A stretch of DNA of 64,000 nt, from positions 558,001 to 622,000 of the forward strand of contig OX337237.1 of assembly GCA_946965045.2 (NCBI GenBank), in the 5' to 3' direction. The notes beneath the pieces were generated by a model, which saw only the letters and a program-made list of their open reading frames with translations, was not told the origin of the DNA and ran no database searches. Source of the stretch: Epithemia pelagica (Eukaryota > Protista > Bacillariophyta). Shown here one piece after another: positions 44,931 to 57,176 of the stretch (position 1 is the stretch's first letter; every line of letters starts with the position of its first letter). The translations under genes and the position numbers were made by a program.

Positions 44931-45735
44931 TATGATATGGCTGTTCGGAGAGGAACGGATCTATAGTATAGAGAGAGCTGTTCCAAAGACGACCGATCCT
45001 CTTACCAGAGAGAGAGAGAGTCAACCAATTGGTTCGCAGACCCTTCACTTGCAAACACTCCGTCCACGTATATTCCAGTTGATCTGGGGTATTTTGTTGA
45101 GGTGGATTCTCTTGCTTTCTGATGTTGTTGCCTTTCCAGGATGGAACGGGTGATTCTTGGATACCGAAAAAAGACTTTTTTCTGTCAATACGAGCGGTTC
45201 TCGTGACAATCCAAACGCGTGTGTTTCCAAGACCACGACCACCCTCATTCAGAAACACATGACGTCACTATCCCGAAAATAGTAAGAAGCCCTTTTTGTT
45301 AAATAGCCTCCACCCCACATCACACCACCCTGTGTATCACGACCGACTTACCGTTGAATGCCATTTTTGGCCAATTGATTCTTATCGGAATCACGTTGCA
45401 AACCCAACGGACCATTCTTCATAGAGTCAAGATGGCCGCTCAATCGTTCCTACGCGAAAATCGGCCATTGAATCGGCTTTTTCGACCTCCCTTAGCACCG
45501 CCATCTATGCCCCACCAAAAAATGAGCAAATTTTCATTTTTTCAACACCGGCTTCCTCGCACATGAATATAAATTTTATACATCTCGTAATATTACATAA
45601 GGAATGGTCGCCCTTCAATCGTCGATGCCAAACCAATTTTTAGAATTTCACCTCTCGATGGATCGATCGATTGATGTGTCAATTCATCAAGTCTGTTGCC
45701 TTTGGTGACTAGATCTTATCTCTTCCTATTCAACC

Positions 45736-48700
45736 ATGACACGTACCCGTCGTTCCTCTGCGAAGCCCCCCGGTTCTCCTCGGAGCAAGATGCAGAATGT
45801 GTCACCCATTACCAAGAACCTACCAAAAAAGAAGAATCGCGTCCACTCCCCTTCAAAGAAGAAACAACGTCAACAACGTCGCTGCAACATGCAAGCTCCG
45901 TCCCCTAACCTTCAGACCCGGAGTAAGCGCAAGGAATCTGGAGTAAGCTATGCCATGAACATTGTCGAATCCACCCGGATTGCGAAGATTATTGCTGATT
46001 TCAAGGACGAAGAGAACAAACCATGTTCTTGTTTTGGTGCCGATCGTGAGGAACGATACAGAGACTATTTCTTCTGTCATCAATGCCTTCTTGCTGATCG
46101 TCAAGAACAGAACAAGCCTAACCTTTTCACCAATCGAAAATCTGAACGTGGATTGTTCAAATGTCAAGCAGAACACAAAAGCTTTATCCATCCCACGCAC
46201 AGATTGGAAATAATTGTTCCCAAGGAAAATCTGCGTCAAACAACCAAGGAAATAAAAGAAAAGGTTGCAGCCAAGGTAAAGAAACGAGAGGAAGCCAGAG
46301 GGTCCATGCAACCATCAACACAGCAACAGGCAACCAAACGTGTGATCCTAATTGACCCTGAAGACAACAAAACAAAACCAATGTCCCCCAAGGCTCGTAA
46401 GTACCACAAGAAATTTTTACATAAGACGAGTAAGGCTCAAATTGTAGGATTTAGTGGTTGCCCTCCTGCTGGAAGTACCAACAAAGAGACCCAAGTTCCC
46501 AACTCACCTGAAGCTTTCACCAAAGCAGATACTTTGTCCCTCAAAAAACCTCCCCCTCAAGATCCCAGGAGTCCACCAAAGAAACCGCTTCCTTGCATTT
46601 CAGAAACAAAAGAAACTGATATCGCTGTTGGATCCTGTGCCAATCCTTCTACTGCGAGTAACCAAGATCGAACTCTTTCGCCCCATCGAGCTGATTCTCC
46701 GTCCGTCCGTACGGAAGCTCCACCCCCCGTGCACAAGAGTCCACCGAAGACACCTCCACTTCCAGTACACGAAACAATGGTCACGTCCAATCGTTCACCA
46801 GCCAATAAAGAAACATCAACTATACCCGGTGTTATAGAAACTAATAAAACCTCTCAACCCGATTCTTCACCTGCCCTACCAGCCAATGACACTACCCAAG
46901 ATGCAACAGTGGAGTCTTCCGATGTCCATGAGGAGGAACAAGACGATAACGCTCAGGATGAAGGGCATACTGAGCGTAATCAAATTGGTCGACACATAGT
47001 ACAGAAGCTTACAGAAGCAGTACAGAAGTTACAAAATGAAACAAGTGTTCTCAAAGAACGTCTTCGTACCACCGAGAAGAAAGCCGAGAGGAAAAAAAGT
47101 CAAGTGAAGTACTGGAGGAAGCAGTGCGCGAGAAAGATTCCTCTCAAAATCCCCAAATCTGTTGGTCGTAAAGAAAATGCCATGACTCTAGCAGATCATG
47201 TACGTAACCTAGTCGAAGACAGTGTGTCAAGACTGTCCAATGACAGTCTCGGGTCTCAGACGCTGTTCAAGGAGTTGACTACGATGCTCCTTGATCCGTC
47301 ATTGCATGGTGGACAGAGTCTACAGTGTGCCTATGATGTATTTCGTAGCTACGTACGACAACATGTCTTCACTCCCTTTGAGATTCTACGCCAGATGGAT
47401 CTTCGGGGAGGTGGATTGAACTACAGCAACATTGAAGTACTCCGAAATGTAGAAACGCAAGGTCGTCCATGGCAGCGTACACTTCTGCCCAGTACATCTG
47501 TCCTTCAAGACTGTGCTAGACAGGTAGAGGAGTACGGACAGAACTTTTGTCCGTACCGAATGATTCGCGACAAGAAAGATGGTAGCGAGGGATTCGCGTT
47601 CCGTGCCGCAGATGTGATGGTCGCGATCTTGATGGCCGGGCAGGTACTCCAAGACGAAGCTCTACTGAGGCCTACTCATTTAGCACAGTCTATGGATGGG
47701 GCTTTATTTACAAACAATCTTGCGCACACCCTGGGGGGCTTGAAGTTTAATGACCAAGCGTCCGAGTTACGACAGTCACGAGACGGTGTCTTTCCTGTAC
47801 TCTGTGTTTGCTCTCGTGAATCGAAGGGCATTGTTCGTGGAATTTTCTATCGTATGATAAAGGAGATCGAAGAGGCAGCCCAGTTTGTTGTGCCCCGGCA
47901 TTTCGGAACAGAAATTATTGTCATCACCACCAATTGCGACATGAGTTTGGAATGGAAACTAGTGGCCCGAGGTGGCGCAGCAAGGCAAGTGACTTACCCT
48001 TGTGCTAAGTGTGCCGTCCGCAGTGGACAACTGCATATCCAAAGCCAGCCAACTCACTCATGTGTATGGTGCCAGGAGCTTGGACACCTTTCAAGGCCAA
48101 ATTGGGTCTGCCGACATCATCGCATCTGCACGAAGAACTTTATAGCTGAAGTCCGTAAGCAGGCCAACAGTCTCGAGAAGCACATCCCAACAAAATTGAG
48201 CAGTTTGGAGGAAACATGGATGGCATCCAATTTGACACACAGTGAAGACCCAAGGAACGATGTTACTCAACTTCAGAAAGGATCGACCAAGTCGATTCAT
48301 TTTGATCTGTCACGAGCATCACGTGAAGACAGGAAGACGTACTCTGAAAACCTCACGCATGACCTTGCGTTGAGGGACATGGATTTCACAGGCTCTCTGG
48401 AAGTTCGACAAAGCAGGCTCTTGGCTCAGCACATCAAGGAATGGACCTACTTTCGGGCAAGCCAAAGCCTTGCTCAGTTCGAGAATAGTCAGATCGACAG
48501 TGCTCTTGTCTTGGTTCTCGACATTGTCCCATGTATTCTCCACATGGAGAATCGTATGGGTCTCCTCTTCCTATCATTGATTCTTAAAATTGGTCTAGCC
48601 AACGTGAAAAGGAAAGGAATGTCGTGGATGTCATCTGCAGAGAAGAAAACAGAGAACCAGCGAATCGATGCATTCCGGAACAAAGTCAACAAAACAATGA

Positions 48701-49561
48701 ACACAAAGATGCTAGGAAGCGAAGACCAGCCAAGACAATGGGTTCTTCCATACGACAAAGAGAGCAAGTCCATTGCTATCATCTGTATGGACAATGTTCG
48801 CATTCGCAAGGTTGTGGCATCTTTTGACAGCCTCCTCCATGTATGTCTCACAAACAAGAACGAGATACAACGATGGAAAACATGTCTGTCACATTACAGA
48901 CAAGATTATGAGATCCTGTTGAGAAAAGAGAATCTGGATAACTCGACGATCTTTGAGTTTCAACGCCATATTGATCTATTCTTTGCTGACTGGGTTACTC
49001 TACACGGAGAGAACGGAGTAACAAATTATGCCCACATGCTGGGAAGTGGGCACATCATGGAGTTCCTCCTCCATTACAAGAATTTATCAGCCCACTCCCA
49101 GCAAGGTTGGGAGGGTACGTAGACAGGTTGTAGTGGATTTGTGAATGGATTGCCACTAACCACCCTTTGCAGCTTTCAATTCGTTGTTCAAACGATTTTA
49201 TTTTACCAGGACGCAACGAGGTGGGGCTACCAACAAAGGACTGGGCCAACAGACCAGGCTACAGCCTATCGCACGTTGGTTGCAAAGACGGTTAGTCTTC
49301 ATGACAGGACATTCTTTGGAGCAGATCCAAAAGTCAAACGAAACAATGACAGAGGAACAGAAACAGGCATTCACAAATTGGGTAAGGAAGGAGAAAGGCA
49401 CCTTGGAATATTGCATGCCTATTGGTAAGAAAGGGGAAGGAACCGCGTTTGATAGCAACGATGATTGGGATGTTGGTGTGCCAACAGAGAAGAAGGCCGA
49501 AGAAACCACACAGGAGCTTGACGACTCATTTTGGGAGCAGTCGTCTATGGAGAGCGAATAA
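45736..49561 (+). CDS. RAG1/Transib-like DDE transposase, 1255 aa; exons 45736-49114 and 49173-49561
   Basis: SMDG (Asp 47695), NCDM...YPCAKC (Asp 47938), PCILH, VTNYAHMLGSGH and SQQGWE (Glu 49111). A 58-bp GTACGT..CTAAC..CAG intron restores E-A-F-N-S-L-F-K-R-F, like RAG1 ESGNKLFRRF. No TIR pair found. Confidence 0.8.
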
Positions 49562-49598
49562 ATATGTAGTGCTTATATGTAACTGGAAGTTGTATTAT

Positions 49599-49958
49599 CT
49601 AAGAGTATTGAACAATGAGATCTTGTACCTTCTTGTAGTCCGTAGTGCGAACAACTCGTTGCGATTTCGGGTCACTGTCTTTGTCATACAACGTTCCAGC
49701 CAATACCTGAGAGGAAATTATGCGCTTTCGACTCTCACTGGACATGTAAACATGTACCACTTTGAATACTGTACCATCTTTCTCGTATATATCTCCAATG
49801 CATATGCCTTGGTATTCTGAGTCATCTGGCGGTGGTTGAGTGTGAGACAATACTTTCGTATGATTCAGCTTGTAGTTCCCCTCTAGGATGTTCTTCAAGT
49901 GCTCAGTAGGAGGCTCGTGTTGCAGTGACCCATTCCTGAGATTGCGATCCTTTTGCAA
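49599..49958 (-). CDS. Hypothetical protein or terminal exon convergent on the transposase
   Basis: 119-codon ORF with TTG start (frame open to about 50054); its stop lies 37 bp from the transposase stop. Confidence 0.35.
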   Translation of the reverse strand: MQKDRNLRNGSLQHEPPTEHLKNILEGNYKLNHTKVLSHTQPPPDDSEYQGICIGDIYEKDGTVFKVVHVYMSSESRKRIISSQVLAGTLYDKDSDPKSQRVVRTTDYKKVQDLIVQYS

Positions 49959-49960
49959 TT

Positions 49961-51196
49961 CTATGATGCGTTCACCAAACCTCGATCTACGGGTCTGTCG
50001 TCCTTGTGGTATTCCAACTGGAACAACAACGACGACGACGGACGGATATATGATCTATGCGGACTGTTTCTCGGCGCCTCCAAGCAAGGTGTGCATACGA
50101 TACGGGTTTGTACCGTTAGGGTTGTGTACACATGGAAGGATCCTCTTTTGCCTTGCGCTCTCGTTCGGCTCACTGTGTGGACGAACTCGAGACGTCGTTG
50201 GTCTGGAAAAGAGTCGTGGGAATCGACGACCACTTATCCGAATGTTTGCGGATCGACCAAACTGTAGATGGTGGATTTCGGGACGTGCTAGCAAGATTCT
50301 TTCAGCAAGGAGGTGGTCCTGAAAAGACGATCCGGAAAGCCAACCGACAGTTCACCAAGACACCATTGTTTCGTCGGCATGGGAGTTTGTCAAGAATTTC
50401 TCGTGCATGCACCATACTCCTATATCTATATTGTGGAAAGACCAGTTTCAGGACGATGGTTCCATCGTCTCTCGGTACAACCATCTCACGGATGGCACGA
50501 GTGATGGGGTCGAGGACGGCAGTTTGTCGTCTTCCGGATATGTTGTCATATTCCACTGTGGTACCACCATTGTTCCAGTTGAGCCTGGCGTGCCACAAAC
50601 GCAGACGATGGGCAACAGAGCAAAAGGGTTTTGGATGCTCTTGTCCGAGCCATTCGCTGTCGTCTGGCCATATCCAGCACTGGTCCTATATGTATTATTC
50701 AGAAGCAAAGTATCGGCAACCCATGGAACTATAGTTTGTTCTCGAGCAGGTTGTATCACCAAAGCAGATTCGCCAATGATCCAATGCTTCCTGTAGTAGC
50801 CGTCTCTTGGTAAGAAGGGAAGGAAGGCGTCCATTTTTCTCGGTCCTGAACTCCGAGTCCAAATTCTTGGAGCCCACGTCTCCCGTGGATGCCTTCCATA
50901 TAACGCGAACCACCCTACTACCAGAGTCGTTGTCGTTTGCCTCGTAGTGAAACATGTATTGATCCCAGAGTTGACACACTTGACCTTCTTCCCCGAGTTG
51001 CTCGAACGGTTGCAATACTCAATCAAAGTGCTGTTGTGGTTGTTGTCGCATGGTTGTTTATGTTGCGCACAGTGCGTTACCGTTTGTGTTCTGGATGTGG
51101 ATCAATCACCCCCACCTGTGCCGCGGGGGATGCCTCGTGGTCATTGTCGTCATTCTTCTTGTGGTTGCAGCAAGAGCAAGGCTCGTCCCGAACCAT
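49961..51196 (-). CDS. Probable multi-exon or disrupted hypothetical gene; exon structure unresolved
   Basis: ATG at 51196 after a host-like 5' UTR, GTAACG donor-like site, and several overlapping protein-like minus-strand ORFs (50695-51015, 50302-50598, 49961-50233). Confidence 0.3.
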
Positions 51197-51316
51197 GTTC
51201 TTGTGTAGAATACGTTCGTAGTTCGTTTGGTTCTTGTCTTTTGGTTCTTGTTTAGATTCTACGTTGGTAGTTCTTTTTTGGTTGGATTGTCGTCGTCGTC
51301 CTTCTTTCTTCTTCTA

Positions 51317-52234
51317 TTAGCGGTTGCGACCAGGGTTGCCCGCAAGGATGGAATGATTCTCTTCTTGTTCTTGTTGTGGTGGTTGTCGTTTGGTCCGAGG
51401 GGCAAACTCGTGGTACCGAAACAAGACGAGATTGCCCACCATGAGACCCAAAATGGTAGCACCGAGAATTTCCAAGGAAAAACTCATGGCCATAAACATC
51501 AACAGGTATCCAAACAGAGCTTGGAGGCCATAAATCAAGGTTAAAACGCTGGCGACGAGGATTCGTCGTATCCGAATATGGTGGTTTGAGCGATGGTGGA
51601 TGTTGTGGTTGCTCGTATTGCCAGTAGTAGCATTGACAAGAGTTGGAGACGTTGATTCTGCAGCATCCACAATGCGACGACGACGTCTCGTCGTTGTGGT
51701 TGTCGTTGTTCGTTCAGATTCCTGTGGAGGAACTACAGACTCGAGGAGTGGTTCGTGTTCGTCCTGTTGTGGTTGTAAATGTGGTGCATGATTGTGTTGC
51801 GATTTCATTCGGAGGAGGCCATGATGCAGTCGCAGCACATGATCTCGCAAAGCACTCAATACTTCCAACCAAAAGGCCAACCAAAAGGAAAAGACGACCG
51901 CCCCTTCAAAGGATCCACGCGTGTCCAACATCCACGTCGGTACCAAATAGACCAAACACGGTGGAAGTGATGGTGTCGTTGTCGACGAGGAATTGACAGT
52001 TGCATCATGATAATGATACCCCAACGATGTGGCATCGTGTTGGCCCTCGTCTTGTTGTGATGGTCTCCTCCACAAGGCCCATTGAAATCCTTCCATATAC
52101 ATGGTCATGGGCATGCCTTGACAAAAGGCATCTTCTCCCCCTTGATCGGATGGTGATGCATCATCGTTGTGGTGCAAAGCATACTGAGCAGTATCCGGAT
52201 GATGAGGAATGGTATGCGAATGATGATCCTCCAT
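51317..52234 (-). CDS. Ctr-family copper transporter
   Basis: His-rich N-terminus, MPMTMYM motif before TM1, GYLLMFMAMSF (MxxxM) in TM2 and GxxxG in TM3. First ATG at 52234. Confidence 0.9.
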   Translation of the reverse strand: MEDHHSHTIPHHPDTAQYALHHNDDASPSDQGGEDAFCQGMPMTMYMEGFQWALWRRPSQQDEGQHDATSLGYHYHDATVNSSSTTTPSLPPCLVYLVPTWMLDTRGSFEGAVVFSFWLAFWLEVLSALRDHVLRLHHGLLRMKSQHNHAPHLQPQQDEHEPLLESVVPPQESERTTTTTTTRRRRRIVDAAESTSPTLVNATTGNTSNHNIHHRSNHHIRIRRILVASVLTLIYGLQALFGYLLMFMAMSFSLEILGATILGLMVGNLVLFRYHEFAPRTKRQPPQQEQEENHSILAGNPGRNR

Positions 52235-52814
52235 CCTGATGCTACTTGTCAAACAAACAAGGTCGTTGTTGTTGGTGGTGTTGCTTTCCGCCCGCAGAAC
52301 AACGAATACTCTAATGGACTAGGTAGGAGGCAAGGATGAGGAGGGGACAACAGAATGGCGAATGTGTGAAGAACCGAGATAGACCCACCACAACGGCCAT
52401 TGTCCTCGACCACAAAAGAAGAGCTCGAGAAAGAGAGAATTTGACCGACTGTTTGTTGTCGTCGGTCAATGAAATTGAGGTCGCGTAGAATGGAATGAGG
52501 TCGCACATAATGATTGAGGTCGCGTACAAGTCGCTCAAATATGGATGGTTGTCGTTCGTACGAGAATTCTGTTGGTCGTGGTCTTGTTCAAATGATGGTA
52601 GTAGTGTAGCGAGTAGTACAGAAGGACGAGAATTTGACCTGGACCACGTTAACGCGTAATCTATCTGCACTTGTATTTTTGGTGCGGCGTGCGGCAGCAT
52701 CTTTTGGCCTCAATCGATCCATCCATCCATCATCGTCATCATCTTCGCGCTCCATCTGCTCCTGGTGTGTAAAGTGCCGCTCTCGCAGCCGCAGCAAGAC
52801 CCTCTTCTTCTTCT

Positions 52815-52888
52815 TGGTTGTGTGCGTTGTTGTTGTTGCCAAAAAGATTCGCCAAACGCTGATTTCTCTTTTCCACAAGAAAGAGATT
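52815..52888. repeat. 74-bp direct repeat, second copy at 63681-63754
   Basis: TGGTTGTGTGCGTTGTTGTTGTTGCCAAAAAGATTCGCCAAACGCTGAT(T/C)TCTCTTTTCCACAAGAAAGAGATT; one mismatch. Confidence 0.92.
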
Positions 52889-53264
52889 CGACAGAGAGAG
52901 AGAGAGAGAGTTTGGAGGAGGGTGTGCCAACTCTATAGTATACATATACACACACAGTCTCGTTGTTTTGTCTGTGTGTGGTGGTGGAGTGGCCTGCCGC
53001 TGTCATCTTTTGGTTGGAGTGTCGTCGTTTGGGTTGGCAAACTGGAACACACACAGTTGTCTTGGTTCCAGAAACAACAACAAGAAAGAAAACAACCAGA
53101 CATATAACAAACAAACGCACTTTTGCACACTATAGTGGTGTAGAGTCGACGTTTGGGAGTTTTTCCTTGTTTTAGAGAGAGTCTGTTCCATTCTAAAATT
53201 CAATTTACCAACAACCGAAACACACACACACGCACCAAGTACAACACAAGAAGAAATACAAACC

Positions 53265-54782
53265 ATGGTACCTCCGTCCGCCAATATGCTTCCGGACCAT
53301 ACAGTCGCCAATCATCATCATCCTCCTGGTGCGGCTGCTGCTCCCCTGTCCCCTCCCCCCAATCCATTGGCTGCCGCTTCGGAACCAGTGGATCATCCCA
53401 ATCCTCATAATAATCCAATTGCGACGGCATCATCTCCTCTGTTTCATGGCGGCAAACAACTCTTGTTGGCCCCTCCTCCGTCGCACTTGATGCTGGATGC
53501 CTCGTCTTCGTATCATAATCCTCATGCGGCGCACGACAGTGCTCCGTCCCCCTTGCCGGCCCAACATCACCACCAACACCATGCGGCACTTCACAATCAC
53601 TTGTCGGAAGCCGATATTCACGAGTTGCTCGGTGGTGTCTGGGATACCGAAACCACCACCCAGCAGCAACCGCCGGTTGCTCCTCCTTCCACGGCTGCAG
53701 TTGCTCCAGCCGCAGCAGCGTCCTTGCAGCATCCTGCAGCTGTTCCTACCACAACCACTACGACGGTATCCAACGACTCGACTGTCATTCCCGAAGACTG
53801 CAAAGTCTTGGCACGATCGGAACGCAAACGATCGCGAGAAAAACAACGTCGATCCGATGTCAATCGACAATTTTCCGAATTGATTCAAGTCTTGCGGCAA
53901 GTCGAAGCCAATAGTTTGGTGCATCAACAGCATCAACAAGAACAACAAGAACAACCCGAAGATGCGAATGGCACGGCTACGAGTACGAGCAATGGTGCTG
54001 CTGCTGCACCAACAACCGCAGCCACTACCAGTTCGTCCAGTAGTTTGACGGCCACGACAAGTAGTATTGCGACACCGTCCAATCGAGCCGATTTGATTGC
54101 GCGGACCATTCAAGTGTTGCAAAGTTTGGATCAGGAACGGACTCGGTCGCGACACGAAACCCGAACCCTTCAAACCAAGTTGAAGATGGCGCAAAAGGCT
54201 GGGGAAGAAACGGCGGCCAAGCTCAAGGAAGCCATGATGACACCTGTTTCGGCCGGATCCAATCGAATGCTCATGATGGTCCCCATGATTGTCGGTGGCG
54301 GAAATCATGCAAGTCCTCCTACGACGGCAGCGACAACGACTGGTACGACTCCCACACCGACAACCACCGCCAGTGACACGACGACGACTGGGACAGCGAC
54401 TGCTTCCACGGCGGCTCCTCCCACTGCTGCAGCGGCGGCCATGCCCATGATGCATCCCGGAATGATGATGCCCTTTGCGGCTCCCGAAGGAATGGCACAT
54501 CACCCCCACATGTCCACGGCCATGCCCTGGATGATGCCCCATCCGGCGGCATCGGCGGCTCCGTGGGGCATGATGCCCTTTGCGGCTCCACAAGCGACCA
54601 CCACGACCCCGCCGACCAACCCTGCTACGACCGCACCGGCTCCGGTCGGGAGCAGCACCACGGCCACCACGACGACGACGACGACGTCGACCACACCGTC
54701 GGCCGAAGGCAATGTCAAACCTCTGCCTCATGATGGCTCGGGTGGATCCTCCTCCTTGAGCAATTTGGCGCATTGTGCCTAA
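53265..54782 (+). CDS. bHLH transcription factor
   Basis: Basic region and helix 1 RKRSREKQRRSDVNRQFSEL, long Q/T/A loop, helix 2 NRADLIARTIQVL, then a coiled coil. Confidence 0.9.
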   Translation: MVPPSANMLPDHTVANHHHPPGAAAAPLSPPPNPLAAASEPVDHPNPHNNPIATASSPLFHGGKQLLLAPPPSHLMLDASSSYHNPHAAHDSAPSPLPAQHHHQHHAALHNHLSEADIHELLGGVWDTETTTQQQPPVAPPSTAAVAPAAAASLQHPAAVPTTTTTTVSNDSTVIPEDCKVLARSERKRSREKQRRSDVNRQFSELIQVLRQVEANSLVHQQHQQEQQEQPEDANGTATSTSNGAAAAPTTAATTSSSSSLTATTSSIATPSNRADLIARTIQVLQSLDQERTRSRHETRTLQTKLKMAQKAGEETAAKLKEAMMTPVSAGSNRMLMMVPMIVGGGNHASPPTTAATTTGTTPTPTTTASDTTTTGTATASTAAPPTAAAAAMPMMHPGMMMPFAAPEGMAHHPHMSTAMPWMMPHPAASAAPWGMMPFAAPQATTTTPPTNPATTAPAPVGSSTTATTTTTTTSTTPSAEGNVKPLPHDGSGGSSSLSNLAHCA

Positions 54783-56694
54783 TCGAGGGTGTCGTTGGAA
54801 GTCGGGACGTGAATGAGGAACTTTTTTGCTACAACAGCACCACAAGAACATCAATAGGGGACAACCACGAGGAGAAAAAGAACCAATTTTATTTTTTAAT
54901 ATATATTGCTACATAATTTGCATTTCTATCAAGAGTCTTCCAACATATCTCTTGTCTGTTGGTAGTCCTTCCCATCCTTCCATGTGTGTTTAACACACAA
55001 TGGATCCAAAGAGCAACAAGAGGCGAATGCGTAGTCCATCCCCAAAACCGGAAACATCCAGTATCCATCCGTATCATGTCGTCGTCCATGTCATTTGAGT
55101 TGGAATACGACAAGAACGACCGATCCGTAGATATCGAGATATGGTCCATTATACCACATTCCAAAGACCACCAACGCTCGCGATTGCTTTGTCAAGAGGG
55201 ACATAGTTCTTCCTACCAAGGATCTTCTGGTAGATTCGTTTGGGATCGTACAGGGGATTTTGCGGGTGCATCCCCAACTCAAGACGTTTTGGAACGTCCC
55301 AGTAATGTGTACGACGAACAAAAGAGAACTTTAATCTATGTTCTAGACTCCTTATCCCTCGGTATCAGTGTCCACTGCTTAGCTGTTTTTTGTCTGTGCC
55401 ACCTTCACAGGTTCCCAAGTGGACACAGCCAGCATTTTATGTTTTTCGTCTGTCTGTCTACCCAATAAAATTCCTCAGGGTTGGAGCAAGGCCAGCGTGC
55501 ATGTGACAGTTGACGGTTGGTGGTTGTCCTCTGGTCACCACGATTCAAATTTTTTGGGCAACCCTCCCGTCCTCGTCTGTCACAAAACACCAAAAACCGA
55601 GCCAAATGCTTGACCATGACGTGAGGTGAGAACAATGGATGCAACATGCTGGGCTGAACCTGAACTGCTTCTCACTTCTCACTACTGTGGCTTATTTCTA
55701 ATCTTCTTGTTTCTTTTTCTTTCTTCTCACTCATCACTGCTGCAATCTTTCCTCTTGTTCATGCATGATCCTTTGGCTTGTCTCTTGTTGAACGAGTAGA
55801 CTAGGAACAAGCCGCTTGATGTCAACTGGAGTATCTTACCCGTCTCATTTGTTGATGTAGGAGTAATTGTTTTGTTGTTTGATTGTTGGTTGGTTGCTTT
55901 CATGTCTTCTGTAGGATAGATGATTCACTATCGTCATAGATCGTAGCATCATCTCATTTCTCAATGACCGAACACTTTGTTGTTTTTGCTTCAAATAGAT
56001 GGGAAGCCCTCTTGCTCTTGCCACACCCTACTTTCCATGTCTATCAGTTCATAGAGTCAAAAGTTGTAGCTGTAGCGTGTGAGAGCTGCTTGTGTTCATG
56101 GTGAAACTGAGAGTCATTGCCATGCTCAAAACAGAAAAGAGATCTGCAACGAATTCAGAATGCACTGAACTCTACGAATGAATAGCACTTGAGTTCTATT
56201 TCTACTCCTAGTATATAAAGAAAACAATGTCTGCAGTCTGTTTATGTATCGAATGAAAGTTATCAAAAATCCGTCATTTCGACATGTAGAATGGCACGTA
56301 ATGAGCTACCCAGAGACACAACAGATGATCGCCTCTCTTCCCATGAGCAGAGCAAACAAAAGTGACAAGTGTCAGTGATCAGTGAGCATGAGCTATGTAA
56401 TTGTCATGGCAATTGGCAACGGATCACACTCACCTGGAATGCCATTCGTACGATGTGCTTCGGCAACAAGAGAAAAGAATTGTGTGCTTGTCATTATGTT
56501 GTCCACGCACGGCCGCTTGCTGGGCATGCGTCTGTTTCAAACTGTGAAAACTCCAGCTGGGTATGCGTGCCAATTTGCCATTTGATCATTTCTATTTGTC
56601 TCAAAAGCAAAAAATGATGTCTGTGTCCACCTGGGAACCTAAAATGATGGCACAGACAAAAAACAGCTAAGCAGTGGACACTGATACCGAGGGA

Positions 56695-57060
56695 TAAGTA
56701 AATTCTCTTTGCGTACGTACTATACTTACATACTTATATCCACTCTGTATATTATTCAGTACTTTACTTCGATATTTCTAGTCAGACTCAAACTAGCTCT
56801 ATACTTTACTTTCAAACTCTATACTAATATGTATAATAGATAATACTTTACTTCGTGACTTAGTAAGTTTCCCACAAACAAGCACGTAGTACTTCCCCCA
56901 CCCACAAATCACTTCTTCTCACCAGTTACTTTACTCCTCTACTTAAACTACCATTCCAATTCTTCCCCTACTTTACTTTCGTACTATGGATAGAACAAAA
57001 ACCACAGCCCACAATTACTTTCCTAGCACCGAAGTAGTCTTACTTTGTTACTTCAGTACA
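56695..57060. repeat. Left subterminal TACTT(T) motif array
   Basis: About nine TACTTT copies by hand count, several as TACTTTACTT. Confidence 0.75.
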
Positions 57061-57176
57061 CCCCACACTGTTATGTCCGACTGACATGCTGTATCTGCTT
57101 CACTCCCAGAGCGCAGCACATTCACCTCTGCCGCTTCTGCCTCTCTGATATACTCTCTCCCCACAATCATCAATAC

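Noticed and set aside
45266-45280. CACTATCCCGAAAA as a Transib-type left TIR
   Set aside because: I found no matching inverted copy downstream; CAC-initiated heptamers are common by chance.
53430-54854. 474-aa minus-strand ORF
   Set aside because: Antisense shadow of the low-complexity bHLH gene; Arg/Gly/Cys-rich translation with no motif.
54889-55650. Short ORFs downstream of the bHLH gene
   Set aside because: No consistent frame or recognisable domain; cannot be supported as a gene.
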